DNA of 64,000 nucleotides. Origin: a virus. Numbering within the stretch: the stretch's first letter is position 1; each line of letters starts with the position of its first letter. The stretch is from the IMG/VR virus record IMGVR_UViG_3300043137_000281; one strand, written 5' to 3'. Under the pieces are notes generated by a model, which was not told where the DNA came from, searched no databases, and worked only from the letters and a program-made list of their open reading frames with translations. Positions 1 through 9,595 of the stretch are shown piece by piece. The position numbers and the translations under genes are program-made.

Positions 1-477
1 ATTGAGGAAGAAATTCAGTTGCTTCTCCATCGCCGATTACGGCAACGCCTGTCCTCCGAATTGTCGCACTTGCCCGTGAACAAGAGTCGCTTACAGTCTG
101 ACTCAGAACAACTGGATACTGATTTAGGGAATTCGCAAGAACTCTATCAGTCCCCATCCGATCAGGCTCAGGATAAAGTATAGTGCCACCAACAAGAGCA
201 GCCCCTCTGCCATAAATGTCCCCAATAATTTTAGCATGGACTTCCCGCGGGAAAGGCCACTGGCCATATTTCTCAATTGCTTTCTCCCCAATATTGACTG
301 TTACAATTTGCTCGGATTGCGTTGGCGAACCGAGCATCAAATAATCATAAAACTTCAATCTTGTGGATTCTACCATGTATGGGTCAGATAGTTTTACCCA
401 AAGAAGAATACTAAAAGTAAGTAGCGCCAACCAAGGCGAGAGTAAAACTTTTTTAGTTCTTTGTGTAAGAGTATCCA
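1..477 (-). CDS. CHASE2 sensor-domain protein, N-terminal part. The ORF starts at 477 and runs off the window start
   Basis: Hand translation of the minus strand from the ATG at 477 gives MDTLTQRTKKVLLSPWLALLTFSILLWV (TM helix) then DPYMVESTRLKFYDYLM...VNIGEKAIEKYGQWPFPREVHAKII, which looks CHASE2-like. There is no stop before position 1. It overlaps the upstream gene by 24 nt. Confidence 0.45.
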
Positions 478-1907
478 TTACATGGTCCAGTCGTGCATGT
501 TATTTCCATTTTCGCAGAGTCGGCGGCAGTCAAGTTATTTTGTGTAACCGTTACACCAATTCCAGGACTATTTAGTAAAAGTTGAAATTGTTTTGCAGAC
601 GAACCTAGTTGAGTAACAGATGCAGTAACTCCGCCGAATGGAGCATTTATTTCTAAGAAGTGATTGCCAGCACCTTCTTGTAACGCACTGATAACATTAG
701 TATTTCCTAAAGCATTGATAAACAACGATTTTTCATTGACATCTTTTTGCTGGGCAGTTATTTGATTGCCCAGACCATTGGTTACAATCTCAGCATATTT
801 ACCAGCATATTGTTGTGTCAGTGATACAATGTTGTTGTTACCAGTAACAGAAACTTCTGCCAAGTTCTTACCGATTGGCGTGGTAGCTGTACCTTGATTG
901 ATAGTGATGTTGTTACCACTACCATTGATTGTCATAGCTTGTGCGCCATTGACACCCCGTATCTGGTTCTGCTTAGAAAACTGTTCAATATAAACTGAGT
1001 TGTTAGAGCCAGTTGCATTGATGTAGATAGAGTTTTGAGTAATAGAATTTTTTTGATTAATCTTTAGTGTTTGGTTAGCACTAATTGATGCAAGAGGATA
1101 AGTGGGTGCAGGTGGTTCAGGAGCAGGCGGTGGCGGTGCAGAAGAACCAGCATTCGGAGCAACTGGTGTAAAGGTTGTTCCGTTGAGTGAAGTTGTTCCT
1201 TGCATTTGGTCGATGAATAGAATTGGTGACAATGCTGTATCGCCTAGATTGAACGAGGCAAACCCTAGTAGATAGTTGCCATCTGTAGGTACAGTGAACA
1301 CCGCGACTTGCCAACCAGTAGCACCGTAAGAACCTACAGAATAGTTACCAGTTCCTTGATTGGTGAATCCCAGAAGCGCGAAGTCTTGTGTTTGACCGTT
1401 GATGGTGGCAGTTCCTGGACCACCCGTAACTGTGATCATCGAACCATCATTATATGGAACATAGTCGGTCGATAGATACTGCCAAGCATAAGTGTATGTC
1501 ACTCCCGCTTGAAGAAATACCGTTCTACTAATAGAAGTTGCGTTTGTAGGATACATGTTACCGTTGGAGTAAATAGTATTCTTGATTGACGTAATCGTAG
1601 AACTTTGTAATCCCAAGGTAGACATAGCACCATCAAATCCAGGAGAACCACCCCCTGCTTGTAGAGATACCATGTATGAACCATATGGTGTAACAGTCCA
1701 ACACTTGCCACCACCCGGACAATAGTTAGTCATACCAGTTGTTACTTGAACACCCGAACCATCTGGACCCCACGAGGTTCTTGCTGTGGTCGAACCATTA
1801 CTTACTGTCCAACCAGTATAGTTTCCATTTTCGAAACCATAGTTAGTAACTTGTGCAAATACTGGCATCGCAAAAAATAATAGAAAGAGAGCGGCTAGTC
1901 TTTTCAT
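453..1907 (-). CDS. Secreted protein: N-terminal carbohydrate-binding-module-like domain, Pro-rich linker, C-terminal curlin-like (Q-x-G-x-x-N) imperfect repeats
   Basis: Signal peptide MKRLAALFLLFFAMPVFAQ. The N-terminus has a GFENGNYTGWT motif. Then comes a PPPPAPEPPAP linker. The C-terminal about 200 aa has repeated N/Q/G-rich units (SVYIEQFSKQNQIRGVNGAQAMTINGSGNNITINQG...) resembling CsgA/CsgB repeats. Confidence 0.55.
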   Translation of the reverse strand: MKRLAALFLLFFAMPVFAQVTNYGFENGNYTGWTVSNGSTTARTSWGPDGSGVQVTTGMTNYCPGGGKCWTVTPYGSYMVSLQAGGGSPGFDGAMSTLGLQSSTITSIKNTIYSNGNMYPTNATSISRTVFLQAGVTYTYAWQYLSTDYVPYNDGSMITVTGGPGTATINGQTQDFALLGFTNQGTGNYSVGSYGATGWQVAVFTVPTDGNYLLGFASFNLGDTALSPILFIDQMQGTTSLNGTTFTPVAPNAGSSAPPPPAPEPPAPTYPLASISANQTLKINQKNSITQNSIYINATGSNNSVYIEQFSKQNQIRGVNGAQAMTINGSGNNITINQGTATTPIGKNLAEVSVTGNNNIVSLTQQYAGKYAEIVTNGLGNQITAQQKDVNEKSLFINALGNTNVISALQEGAGNHFLEINAPFGGVTASVTQLGSSAKQFQLLLNSPGIGVTVTQNNLTAADSAKMEITCTTGPCNGYSYTKN

Positions 1908-3049
1908 CTTACACCGGTTTCCTGCATCACCGTAATATTACCTTGTGGTCTACCTGTTCCCGATGATGTCCATTTATCGTCCATGAAGTTATACGCATCA
2001 ACTAGTCCGTTTTGAACTGAAACTACTTGCGCCTCAGTTCCCTTTTCTAACCAGATAGTAACTGCTTGCTGTTTATCCTCTGACAAGCGAGTATACACCC
2101 ACCCTACCTGAACGTTCTTCTTGAATATCGGGGAGACATTAGTATAGACTGTTTCTGCTGGCGTATTACCTTCATTATATTCAGCAAAAACTTCTAGTAG
2201 CTCTTGCGGTGTTGCTGGTCGACGCATCGCCGCGGCGACTTGTTCGACGTTATCGGTTGTGCCCGCATCAGGATCTTTATTGTCGTCCGATGCTGCTTTT
2301 GCCGGATTGGTAAATTTCTTCAAACTGTCTCTAGCAAGTTGTAAGAGACTTTGCCCATCATCTGTTTCCAAAGGAACAATTTGAACGTTGTTATCTAGCG
2401 TCTTCAATAGAGGATTGATAATCACGGGTGGTGCAGGTGGTGCAAAGTTGTTTTCGACAACAGTTGCTTGGAATGGTTGGTTTAGTGTGACCACACCTGA
2501 CGCAGTGATAACATCAATCATTCCATTAGGACATTCGGCAGTTTGCTTTGTAATATCTAATTCGTTATAGCATTCGGGAACCAGCACGACCGTAGAACGG
2601 CCTGCTTCATCAACCGACATAACGAAGTCTGTGCCACGAACTGCGATAGTAGCAGTTGGTGTGCGAATGTTTACGCCTTTTCCATTACTGTGGGCGATTT
2701 TACCTGAAGTGTATCTGACAGTTCCAAGCGCGACCCGAAGTCCAAGTTTACCCTTCGTCTTCCCTCCCCCATCATACACAAAGTCATCCACAAGAAGTCG
2801 AGAGTTTTCTGTAATATTAACTGTGGTCGAGTCATTGAATGTAATCCTAAATCTACCCTGAGAGTTGGTAGACACTGTGTCCATCTTTTGAACTCTCGCG
2901 CCTTTGGTAGCGAGAGTTGTTTTAGCACCACGCTTAATAGCACCACCACCTCTGAAATCTGTTATCGACCCTATGTCAGCAAAAGCTGGAGTCGATAACA
3001 GAAAAATCAGTAGAAGATTAGTGACCAGTTTTGATATTAAAGATACCAT
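1904..3049 (-). CDS. Secreted FecR-domain-like protein
   Basis: Signal peptide MVSLISKLVTNLLLIFLLSTPAFA. The motif NIRTPTATIAVRGTDFVMSV matches the FecR-domain core. Start and stop overlap the neighbouring genes (translational coupling). Confidence 0.45.
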   Translation of the reverse strand: MVSLISKLVTNLLLIFLLSTPAFADIGSITDFRGGGAIKRGAKTTLATKGARVQKMDTVSTNSQGRFRITFNDSTTVNITENSRLLVDDFVYDGGGKTKGKLGLRVALGTVRYTSGKIAHSNGKGVNIRTPTATIAVRGTDFVMSVDEAGRSTVVLVPECYNELDITKQTAECPNGMIDVITASGVVTLNQPFQATVVENNFAPPAPPVIINPLLKTLDNNVQIVPLETDDGQSLLQLARDSLKKFTNPAKAASDDNKDPDAGTTDNVEQVAAAMRRPATPQELLEVFAEYNEGNTPAETVYTNVSPIFKKNVQVGWVYTRLSEDKQQAVTIWLEKGTEAQVVSVQNGLVDAYNFMDDKWTSSGTGRPQGNITVMQETGVR

Positions 3050-3791
3050 TTGATCCCACGCTGTTGATGTTGATCACAGTTTCCGATGCACCATATTGTT
3101 GCGTTGTTATGGTGTTTAGAGAACCTGTTAGATTTACATACAGAGAGTGACCGAATGTCCCACCGAGGTCAGTTTGTGTAACATCAAAATCATTGTAGTT
3201 ACCTGTTACTAGGATTGTCTGTGATGCATTCGGTGATAGTGCATCCATATTGATTGTGTTATTGTTACCATTGAACTCCATTGAGTTGCGGATATTAGCG
3301 CCGGAACCACGGAAAACAAAGGCATTATTATTGCCAGTGAACTTAGCATTCATGTCAAGTTGGTTACACGAAGAATCTGATTGTAATACTCCGCAACGGA
3401 TATCTGCGGTATTCAGGTCACCGATTTGACGAATTGTTACATCGGCGATTCCTTGGGCACCTGTGTCAGATACGACGCCCATATAGAGCGAGTTTCCATT
3501 GCCTGTTTGTATTGCGATGACGCTTTGGTTGTCACCACGTAGGTAAATAGGATCAATAGCAGAACCGATGACATTAGCAGTCCCAGTTTGAACAACGTTA
3601 ACATCTACGTTATCTCCTTGCTGATCGATATACACCTTATTGGTTGTGGCAACAGAATTGGCTTCTGTTTCATTTGGCGAAGTTGTTACGATTGCTGGTG
3701 GAGTTGGTGCTGTTGGTAGCACAGTTTGTGCAATCGCAGATGTTCCATAACAAAGAGCAGCGCCAACGAATAAAAACTTACTTAGTTTCAT
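3018..3791 (-). CDS. Curlin-repeat secreted protein (CsgA/CsgB-like candidate amyloid subunit)
   Basis: Likely start at MKLSKFLFVGAALCYGTSAIAQ (RBS AAGGAAA 7 nt upstream). The ORF track start at 3839 is probably too long. Repeats include VYIDQQGDNVDVNVVQTGTANV, IAIQTGNGNSLYMG, FVFRGSGANIRNSMEFNGNNNTINMD. Confidence 0.5.
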   Translation of the reverse strand: MKLSKFLFVGAALCYGTSAIAQTVLPTAPTPPAIVTTSPNETEANSVATTNKVYIDQQGDNVDVNVVQTGTANVIGSAIDPIYLRGDNQSVIAIQTGNGNSLYMGVVSDTGAQGIADVTIRQIGDLNTADIRCGVLQSDSSCNQLDMNAKFTGNNNAFVFRGSGANIRNSMEFNGNNNTINMDALSPNASQTILVTGNYNDFDVTQTDLGGTFGHSLYVNLTGSLNTITTQQYGASETVININSVGSNGIFNIKTGH

Positions 3792-4608
3792 TTGTCGTTT
3801 CCTTTTGTTTGAATCTCCATAGATTTTTCTTTTCACCATCCTTGATCAACTCAACAACGGCCGTTTCTATGGCAGAACGGATCGCATAACTACCTGCTTC
3901 ATTACTTGTTTGTTGCCCATCAAATTCAAATGCTTTTGTTGCCATGTCGAAGAATGTAAAAGCAGTAACTCCCTCAGATGTGGAGAGAACTGTTTTCTCT
4001 ACAGTAACCGAATTGAGAACTTCGCCGGTTTGGACAGAAACTAGACGAAGACTAACTGTAACTTGGTCTTGTGTATATTGCTGATATGGACCGACGCCAA
4101 GGAAGCGAGCACCAGTACCACCGGTCTTAATGTTTGAGTTATAGTCGATAATACCACCTTCAATGATGATACCCGCAACTTTCAATGGAGGCAGAGGTTC
4201 AGCACCTTCACCTGAAATCTGTTCACGCATTTGACGAACAAGTTGACGTTCTTTGATTAGCGAATCAATACCAACACGTTCAACAGGAACAAACCACTTA
4301 CCATCACCGGTATCTTGTAATGTCTTAATCAAATATGCATCTGCACCCTGAGTAACCGCAGTAGAGAAACTTGCAAGAGTAGAAGATGGTTTACGTTGAC
4401 CAGTTCTATCTGTAAATGAATACAGTGCAATAGGAATTGGTTGACCATCTAACTCTGGTAGATTCTTGAACAGTTTTGGATTAGCAAAACGCTTGACTTC
4501 GGCATCGTCTCTGAATAGATATGATTGGTTAGCAGTAGGATGAAGCGCACCAACACAACCAGAAGTTGCAAGAAGAAGTGGAAGGAGAATTAACTTTTTC
4601 ATCGTCAT
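3778..4608 (-). CDS. csgG: CsgG-family curli secretion lipoprotein
   Basis: Lipoprotein signal MTMKKLILLPLLLATSGC. Long collinear similarity to E. coli CsgG: SFTDRTGQRKPSSTLASFSTAVTQGADAYLIKTLQDTG.WFVPVER and IIEGGIIDYNSNIKTGGTGARFLGVG...QYTQDQVTVSLRLVSVQTGEVLNSV. RBS GGAG before ATGACGATG. Confidence 0.8.
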   Translation of the reverse strand: MTMKKLILLPLLLATSGCVGALHPTANQSYLFRDDAEVKRFANPKLFKNLPELDGQPIPIALYSFTDRTGQRKPSSTLASFSTAVTQGADAYLIKTLQDTGDGKWFVPVERVGIDSLIKERQLVRQMREQISGEGAEPLPPLKVAGIIIEGGIIDYNSNIKTGGTGARFLGVGPYQQYTQDQVTVSLRLVSVQTGEVLNSVTVEKTVLSTSEGVTAFTFFDMATKAFEFDGQQTSNEAGSYAIRSAIETAVVELIKDGEKKNLWRFKQKETTNETK

Positions 4609-4612
4609 CTCC

Positions 4613-5062
4613 TTAGAACGCAAACGTGGCAATAGGAACAGTAACAACCGTAGTATTACCATTCTTATCGACAACTGTTAGGGTGACTTCTGTTCCAGTC
4701 TTGACGTAACTCACGGAGTTGCCATCAAGATTGAACGTGCCGGTGCTGGCATTCCCACCTTCTGCGAACAGATTGTTAGAAAGTTGTGTAGCAAGTTGCG
4801 CATAAACCTGAGATGTAAACAGCGCCATAAACTTTGCAAGAGGAGTGTTTGATGCTTCCGCCCTCGCTAGTGCCGCTTTTGCTGCCTCAGCATCTTTGAT
4901 TGCTTGTTCCCGAGAACGCTCTTGTGCATCGATTGATTGCACATGTGAAGACCACCCATAACCAGTAAAGGAAGGTGATTTAAACTGTTGAACAATGGGG
5001 TCGGCGTATGCAGGACTACTTAGACTTAGTAGTAGCAGGAGCATCGTCGCTCGTTTTAGCAT
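4613..5062 (-). CDS. csgF: CsgF-like curli assembly/secretion protein
   Basis: Signal peptide, then PIVQQFKSPSFTGYGW (compare CsgF MTFQFRNPNFGGNPNNG). The C-terminus GNTTVVTVPIATFAF resembles CsgF ...TSTIQVSGLQNNSTDF. Good RBS AAGGAAGAG. Confidence 0.6.
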   Translation of the reverse strand: MLKRATMLLLLLSLSSPAYADPIVQQFKSPSFTGYGWSSHVQSIDAQERSREQAIKDAEAAKAALARAEASNTPLAKFMALFTSQVYAQLATQLSNNLFAEGGNASTGTFNLDGNSVSYVKTGTEVTLTVVDKNGNTTVVTVPIATFAF

Positions 5063-5127
5063 GTTTCTCTTCCTTTATAGTTTTATTTGAAGAAAAATCT
5101 AACTCAAGCGTAAATACTTTAAGGATC

Positions 5128-5394
5128 TCAATTTTTATTTTTAACATCATTACTGTGATCCTCTTTTATTTGCAATACAACACTCACCTTCTGATTTAAT
5201 CTGATAAGATCGTTATCTAACATACGAATTCGGTCAATCAACGCGATCAAAATTACATTTGTCTCGCCAATCAACGGCATTAATTTATCTGTTACGAATT
5301 TATAAATGAACCACACGAAATATCCCATACCGACTGATGCCACAATGGGAAATCCATACTGCTTCACAAGGTCTGCAATCAGTTGCGGATCCAT
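5128..5394 (-). CDS. Small membrane protein, BhlA/UviB holin-like; paralog of the next gene
   Basis: N-terminal TM segment (GFPIVASVGMGYFVWFIY) followed by a coiled-coil tail. Shares the pattern GFPI.A...G..FV.F.......L.NR....L..D.IR with ORF 5394..5681. Confidence 0.4.
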   Translation of the reverse strand: MDPQLIADLVKQYGFPIVASVGMGYFVWFIYKFVTDKLMPLIGETNVILIALIDRIRMLDNDLIRLNQKVSVVLQIKEDHSNDVKNKN

Positions 5395-5681
5395 TAGTCC
5401 CGCCTTGCGTCATTCTTCCCGTCGGCTCGTGCAATTCTATCAAGGTCTGGTTTCAAACCCAAAGCGGAACTAACAACAGCATCAACGCGAATAATATCAT
5501 GGTTCATGGTCTTCACTCGGTTATCTAACCCCATGATAATACCCTGCATTCCCTTGATTGCCTTTACAACGCTCTCAAGAATGTAGTTGATGACAAAATA
5601 CACAAAGACACCACCGAGCAAGGCCGCTGCGATGGGGAATCCTACATCTCCAATAAGTTTAAATATAGTATCGTATGACAT
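5394..5681 (-). CDS. Small membrane protein, BhlA/UviB holin-like paralog
   Basis: Probable true start is MSYDTIFKLIGDVGFPIAAALLGGVFVYFV. The ORF track extends to 5792, but the homologous region starts at the internal Met. Confidence 0.4.
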   Translation of the reverse strand: MSYDTIFKLIGDVGFPIAAALLGGVFVYFVINYILESVVKAIKGMQGIIMGLDNRVKTMNHDIIRVDAVVSSALGLKPDLDRIARADGKNDARRD

Positions 5682-6642
5682 ATCACTTCTATTTATAAAT
5701 AAAAGTAAAAAAGGAACAGATTTAGTGACAGCAAATACAATTTTATCTGACATTAACGAAATCTGGACCGGGTATGTTATCAACGGTAACAAATGGTTTG
5801 ACCCTGTGGCCCAAGTGCAGTTTAATCAGCGCACAAAACAAGCAACAAAAGAAGAAGTTGATGATGCCAAGGGTAAGGCCGAAGCGATGGCAAAAGAATT
5901 CATCGCATGGGCTAAGACTAAGAAGTATTCTGGTACGGTGTCGGGTGTATATTGGACTGCTAGACCGGGATCTATGACTTCCGCAGTCGGAGTTGAAGTC
6001 GATCAGAAGAAAAACCCAACTGATATTCTAGTTAAATTCACTTTTGGACCAGCAAATGGGTTTTTGGGTCTATCCGCAAAAGCAACAAAGGGCAGCGGCG
6101 ATATTGGCTTCAAAAATCCGGGAATCGGCACTGTTGATAAGTCGCTGGGACTAGATTTGGCAGACACGAACAAGAAATTAGAAGACGAAGTAGTAAAAGA
6201 ACTCAAACTACCAGAGTCCAAGACGTTAAGAAAGTCTTATATTAGACAGAGACCCGCTTTAAAAAAGATAACTGAGAAAAAAGGCTCAGAAATTATGTCT
6301 AAGTTGCGTGATGCGCTCTTAGTCAAGCTAAAATCGATGCAAACTAAGAATTTGCGCGCCTATATTATCAGTGATTGGATGGATGCAGAAGAAGTTTACC
6401 CTCCATACATCAAAGTAACAGGAAAAGGGAGCAAAGCTCCCTATACTGCCGACACAACTGACCCATTGAACAATACAAAACTGTCAAAACTGATAGCCGC
6501 GACAACAATTACCTTGACAAAAGAGGGAAATGAGTCAATTGGTGTTGCTGTCAACGGCTCTCATATAATGAAAATGCGTTTTAAGTATGAATCAGAGAAA
6601 GTTGCTTCTTCTATGAAGCTATCTGGCGACCCCTGGCCTTAA
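5587..6642 (+). CDS. Hypothetical protein; the only plus-strand gene in the first 35 kb. True start may be the GTG near 5725 after AAGGAA.
   Basis: Long ORF with lysine-rich composition. Divergent from the minus-strand genes on both sides. Confidence 0.4.
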   Translation: MMTKYTKTPPSKAAAMGNPTSPISLNIVSYDISLLFINKSKKGTDLVTANTILSDINEIWTGYVINGNKWFDPVAQVQFNQRTKQATKEEVDDAKGKAEAMAKEFIAWAKTKKYSGTVSGVYWTARPGSMTSAVGVEVDQKKNPTDILVKFTFGPANGFLGLSAKATKGSGDIGFKNPGIGTVDKSLGLDLADTNKKLEDEVVKELKLPESKTLRKSYIRQRPALKKITEKKGSEIMSKLRDALLVKLKSMQTKNLRAYIISDWMDAEEVYPPYIKVTGKGSKAPYTADTTDPLNNTKLSKLIAATTITLTKEGNESIGVAVNGSHIMKMRFKYESEKVASSMKLSGDPWP

Positions 6643-7580
6643 ACGAATTCGTCTACGTCTAGTGCCATTGAATATTTTGTGTCTGGCGGCAGAGTAATCA
6701 GCTTCATACCATAATTGTTGACGCCTTCGGGAAGAACAACGCCGTCTTTTAGCTTCAATGTATTCTTCTTGAACGGCGTATAGTCAACATAGTGATGCCA
6801 GCGACCATAACGCCATACAACACGAGCAACATCTGGGTGCATATCAGCCAACATCTGTGACTTGTTGATGGTACCCTTCTCGTGGTAACGCTTGCCTTCT
6901 ACTTCTTCACCCTCTTCCAAGAATTCTTTGTGATAGAACTCTGCGGTGTTACCACCCTTGATGGTCTGTGTAGCAACTTTACCCTGCAAGAACGCATTGA
7001 ACTGCACCGTGCAGTCACCATCTTTGAGAACGCGAAGACAGATATCGGTATCTTCATTGTAACGACCGCGCCAACGATGCTTACAATCGTTGCGGATTAG
7101 CAATGTCGAGTAGATACGAGTGTTTGCGACATACGGAGGATACTTCTGGTTCGGTGCAATGAAGAAACGATACTGCGGACCAGCAATGTAAAGGTTCTCA
7201 TAGCGGTCAAAGAAGTCTTCCATGACAGTGAAGAACACACCAGACTCTACGCGAATACGTTCGTTGCGATGAAGACGATAGAAATCTGAAATGTTATCGT
7301 CTAGAACCCAGTGAGCGGTAGCACCAATACTGATAGAGTGGTCCCATGCCCAGTTTCTAGCACGACCAGGACCATCTCCGTGATTGGAGAACGGAGCAAC
7401 AAGCAGAGTTACATAATCAGTTAGACCAAAATTGATTTTAGCCTGTTCATAGTCTGCTTCATCTTGAGGTTCGATGATGATATAATGCGGTATCTTCATG
7501 CGAGTCAGCGACCGCGAAGTAATCATAGTGTCAGCGCGTCCCTTAGAAACAATGTAAACGGGATACTTAGGGTTAGTCAT
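6639..7580 (-). CDS. Hypothetical protein, paralog of 7580..8443 (possible transferase)
   Basis: The N-terminus PVYIVSKGRADTMITSRSL aligns with RIFIPTVKRADNQITYNNL of the adjacent gene. Confidence 0.5.
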   Translation of the reverse strand: MTNPKYPVYIVSKGRADTMITSRSLTRMKIPHYIIIEPQDEADYEQAKINFGLTDYVTLLVAPFSNHGDGPGRARNWAWDHSISIGATAHWVLDDNISDFYRLHRNERIRVESGVFFTVMEDFFDRYENLYIAGPQYRFFIAPNQKYPPYVANTRIYSTLLIRNDCKHRWRGRYNEDTDICLRVLKDGDCTVQFNAFLQGKVATQTIKGGNTAEFYHKEFLEEGEEVEGKRYHEKGTINKSQMLADMHPDVARVVWRYGRWHHYVDYTPFKKNTLKLKDGVVLPEGVNNYGMKLITLPPDTKYSMALDVDEFV

Positions 7581-8443
7581 TAAAATAAATCCTCCAAATT
7601 ACCTCTTTGGGCCGAACCAAGGGCTTCACTCCAGCGTATTTTACTCTTACCAAAATCACGAAATCCACCTTTGATACGCTCACCAGTCTTATCGTCATAT
7701 AAAATTGTGAAAATACCAGGGAACATCGATTCAACTATCTTATGATCCCGCTGTGTATTCTCATACGTCTGTTCATCCCACACAGTAGAAGTCATATCAG
7801 CTTTGTGGACACTGTTATTAAAGAATACAAACTCTTGACTGACACGATTGCCATAACCATGAGCCAATAAACTCAAAAGAAAAACAACATCTTCTGCGAC
7901 TTTCACGCGAGTTAGTTCAAGTTCGGGTAGTAAGTCTTTGAAATCATTACCATTTACAAAGATTGCACTACTAAGAGAAGAGTTGTTGCTATACGCACTG
8001 TCTTGTGGTGGGTTCTCGGCATGACCAGGACCACATACTGTCACAGTCGCATCGTCTAACCACTTACTATATAGGTCAAACATTTCTAGGACATCTTCGT
8101 CTGTAGCTTTACGCTTAGACATTTCCATGTTAGACACGCCAGTCCAGTATTTGGCGTTGCGTCTACCGAATGTAAGGTCATCATCAATAACTGCATACTT
8201 CATATTCTGTCCAGCCTCGTAGATTATCTTACGAGTCTTGGGTAAGCAATAGTAGTCAGTCAGATTGATTTCTTCTGGCAACACCAGATACTCGCATGGG
8301 TAATGATATTGGTCACGCTCCCACGCCTGCACAACCATCGTTACTCTACTCTTCAACTCTTCGGGAAGATTATTGTATGTAATCTGGTTGTCAGCCCGCT
8401 TGACTGTGGGAATGAAGATACGTTCAATCATTCTTCCACCCAC
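7580..8443 (-). CDS. Hypothetical protein, paralog of 6639..7580
   Basis: Shared N-terminal KxRADxxIT motif. Tandem paralog pair with a start/stop overlap. Confidence 0.5.
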   Translation of the reverse strand: MGGRMIERIFIPTVKRADNQITYNNLPEELKSRVTMVVQAWERDQYHYPCEYLVLPEEINLTDYYCLPKTRKIIYEAGQNMKYAVIDDDLTFGRRNAKYWTGVSNMEMSKRKATDEDVLEMFDLYSKWLDDATVTVCGPGHAENPPQDSAYSNNSSLSSAIFVNGNDFKDLLPELELTRVKVAEDVVFLLSLLAHGYGNRVSQEFVFFNNSVHKADMTSTVWDEQTYENTQRDHKIVESMFPGIFTILYDDKTGERIKGGFRDFGKSKIRWSEALGSAQRGNLEDLF

Positions 8444-9039
8444 CGCAGAAGATAGTTTGGTGTTCGCTCTAGCTTGGGGTGCCAGATAGCCTTAGACTTA
8501 TCCGTTAGCACCTGGTCAATACGCCGCGAGAACTCTTCATAGTCCTCAAGCCGACGGAACTTCACAATCACCGACCGAATGGGACCACTATCTTCTAGAT
8601 ACTCAAACTCTGGCATCCCCACCCAATGCTCTTTCCAAGCACTCTCTTCCGTTTCGTTCACTTCCACTTCAAGCGAAGCTAGATTCTTATCCTTTCGCGG
8701 AGCGCACAAACGCATATCCACATCCACCAATGGCACTTGGCCATCGTCAAACAGCGAAGCGCGAGGGTCTGCCAAAGGGTACCAGAAGTCTTTCAGGTTA
8801 TTCGCTACGATATACCCGATACGTTTCGAGAAGTCTACGATATCCTCAACGCTGCGGAAGTGGACGTAGATAGCCTTCCATAAATCAGGGTCGACCTTAC
8901 GCTTACCAGAATTATCCGCAAGGGGCGTATCTATCACCCCTACCAAATGCTCCAGGGACATGCGATACTCGTCTTGCATACGCGCATCTTGGTCCAGATA
9001 GTTTTCGTATTCGCCAGATTCTTTTACATCTACCGTCAT
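8428..9039 (-). CDS. Hypothetical protein with internal tandem duplication
   Basis: The modules HFRSVEDIVDFSKRIGYIV and KFRRLEDYEEFSRRIDQVL repeat within one protein. Confidence 0.45.
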   Translation of the reverse strand: MTVDVKESGEYENYLDQDARMQDEYRMSLEHLVGVIDTPLADNSGKRKVDPDLWKAIYVHFRSVEDIVDFSKRIGYIVANNLKDFWYPLADPRASLFDDGQVPLVDVDMRLCAPRKDKNLASLEVEVNETEESAWKEHWVGMPEFEYLEDSGPIRSVIVKFRRLEDYEEFSRRIDQVLTDKSKAIWHPKLERTPNYLLRWVEE

Positions 9040-9048
9040 AACATCTCC

Positions 9049-9588
9049 TTATTCCACCAATATACCACTATCGTCACCATTTGTCAAGAGTTTCCACTCT
9101 TCTGGACTAATTTCTTTACAGTTTTTAAGAAAATATAGGTAACACGAATACTCTGCTTTCAACTCTGGTGTAATCTCAATAGTAGAGTGGTGTGTTGCTA
9201 CAGTATCCGTAGAGACAGTAAGAGAAGACTTAGAGATATACTCAGATAATCTATCGAACCTTATTATCTCAAATGGGATAGAAGCATCTATTAGAGATAG
9301 ATACGGAGAATTGTGGGAGTTTATCCATTCCTCTCGTGTAATCTTTTTCCGAGACTTTTTAGAGTATGTTTTTCTACTAGCATCATTCGCATCAAATCTT
9401 CGTGTAGATACCCACCTATCAAAAGGATGTCTTATTACAAGAATTCGTCTAGAAGTAGAGTGTAACCAGCGAGAAAGATCCGCATCATTTTGAGAATAGG
9501 GAACAATGCCGAAGTATTCATACATTGAAGTATGACCGCATCGTGCAGCGGTAAACACACATACTTTACCATTGTCATGTATGAACAC
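9049..9588 (-). CDS. Sulfotransferase-like protein
   Basis: A 5'-PSB-like motif VCVFTAARCGHTSM and a 3'-PB-like motif VIRHPFDRWVS. This is the pattern of PAPS-dependent sulfotransferases. Confidence 0.45.
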   Translation of the reverse strand: MFIHDNGKVCVFTAARCGHTSMYEYFGIVPYSQNDADLSRWLHSTSRRILVIRHPFDRWVSTRRFDANDASRKTYSKKSRKKITREEWINSHNSPYLSLIDASIPFEIIRFDRLSEYISKSSLTVSTDTVATHHSTIEITPELKAEYSCYLYFLKNCKEISPEEWKLLTNGDDSGILVE

Positions 9589-9595
9589 TTAGAAT

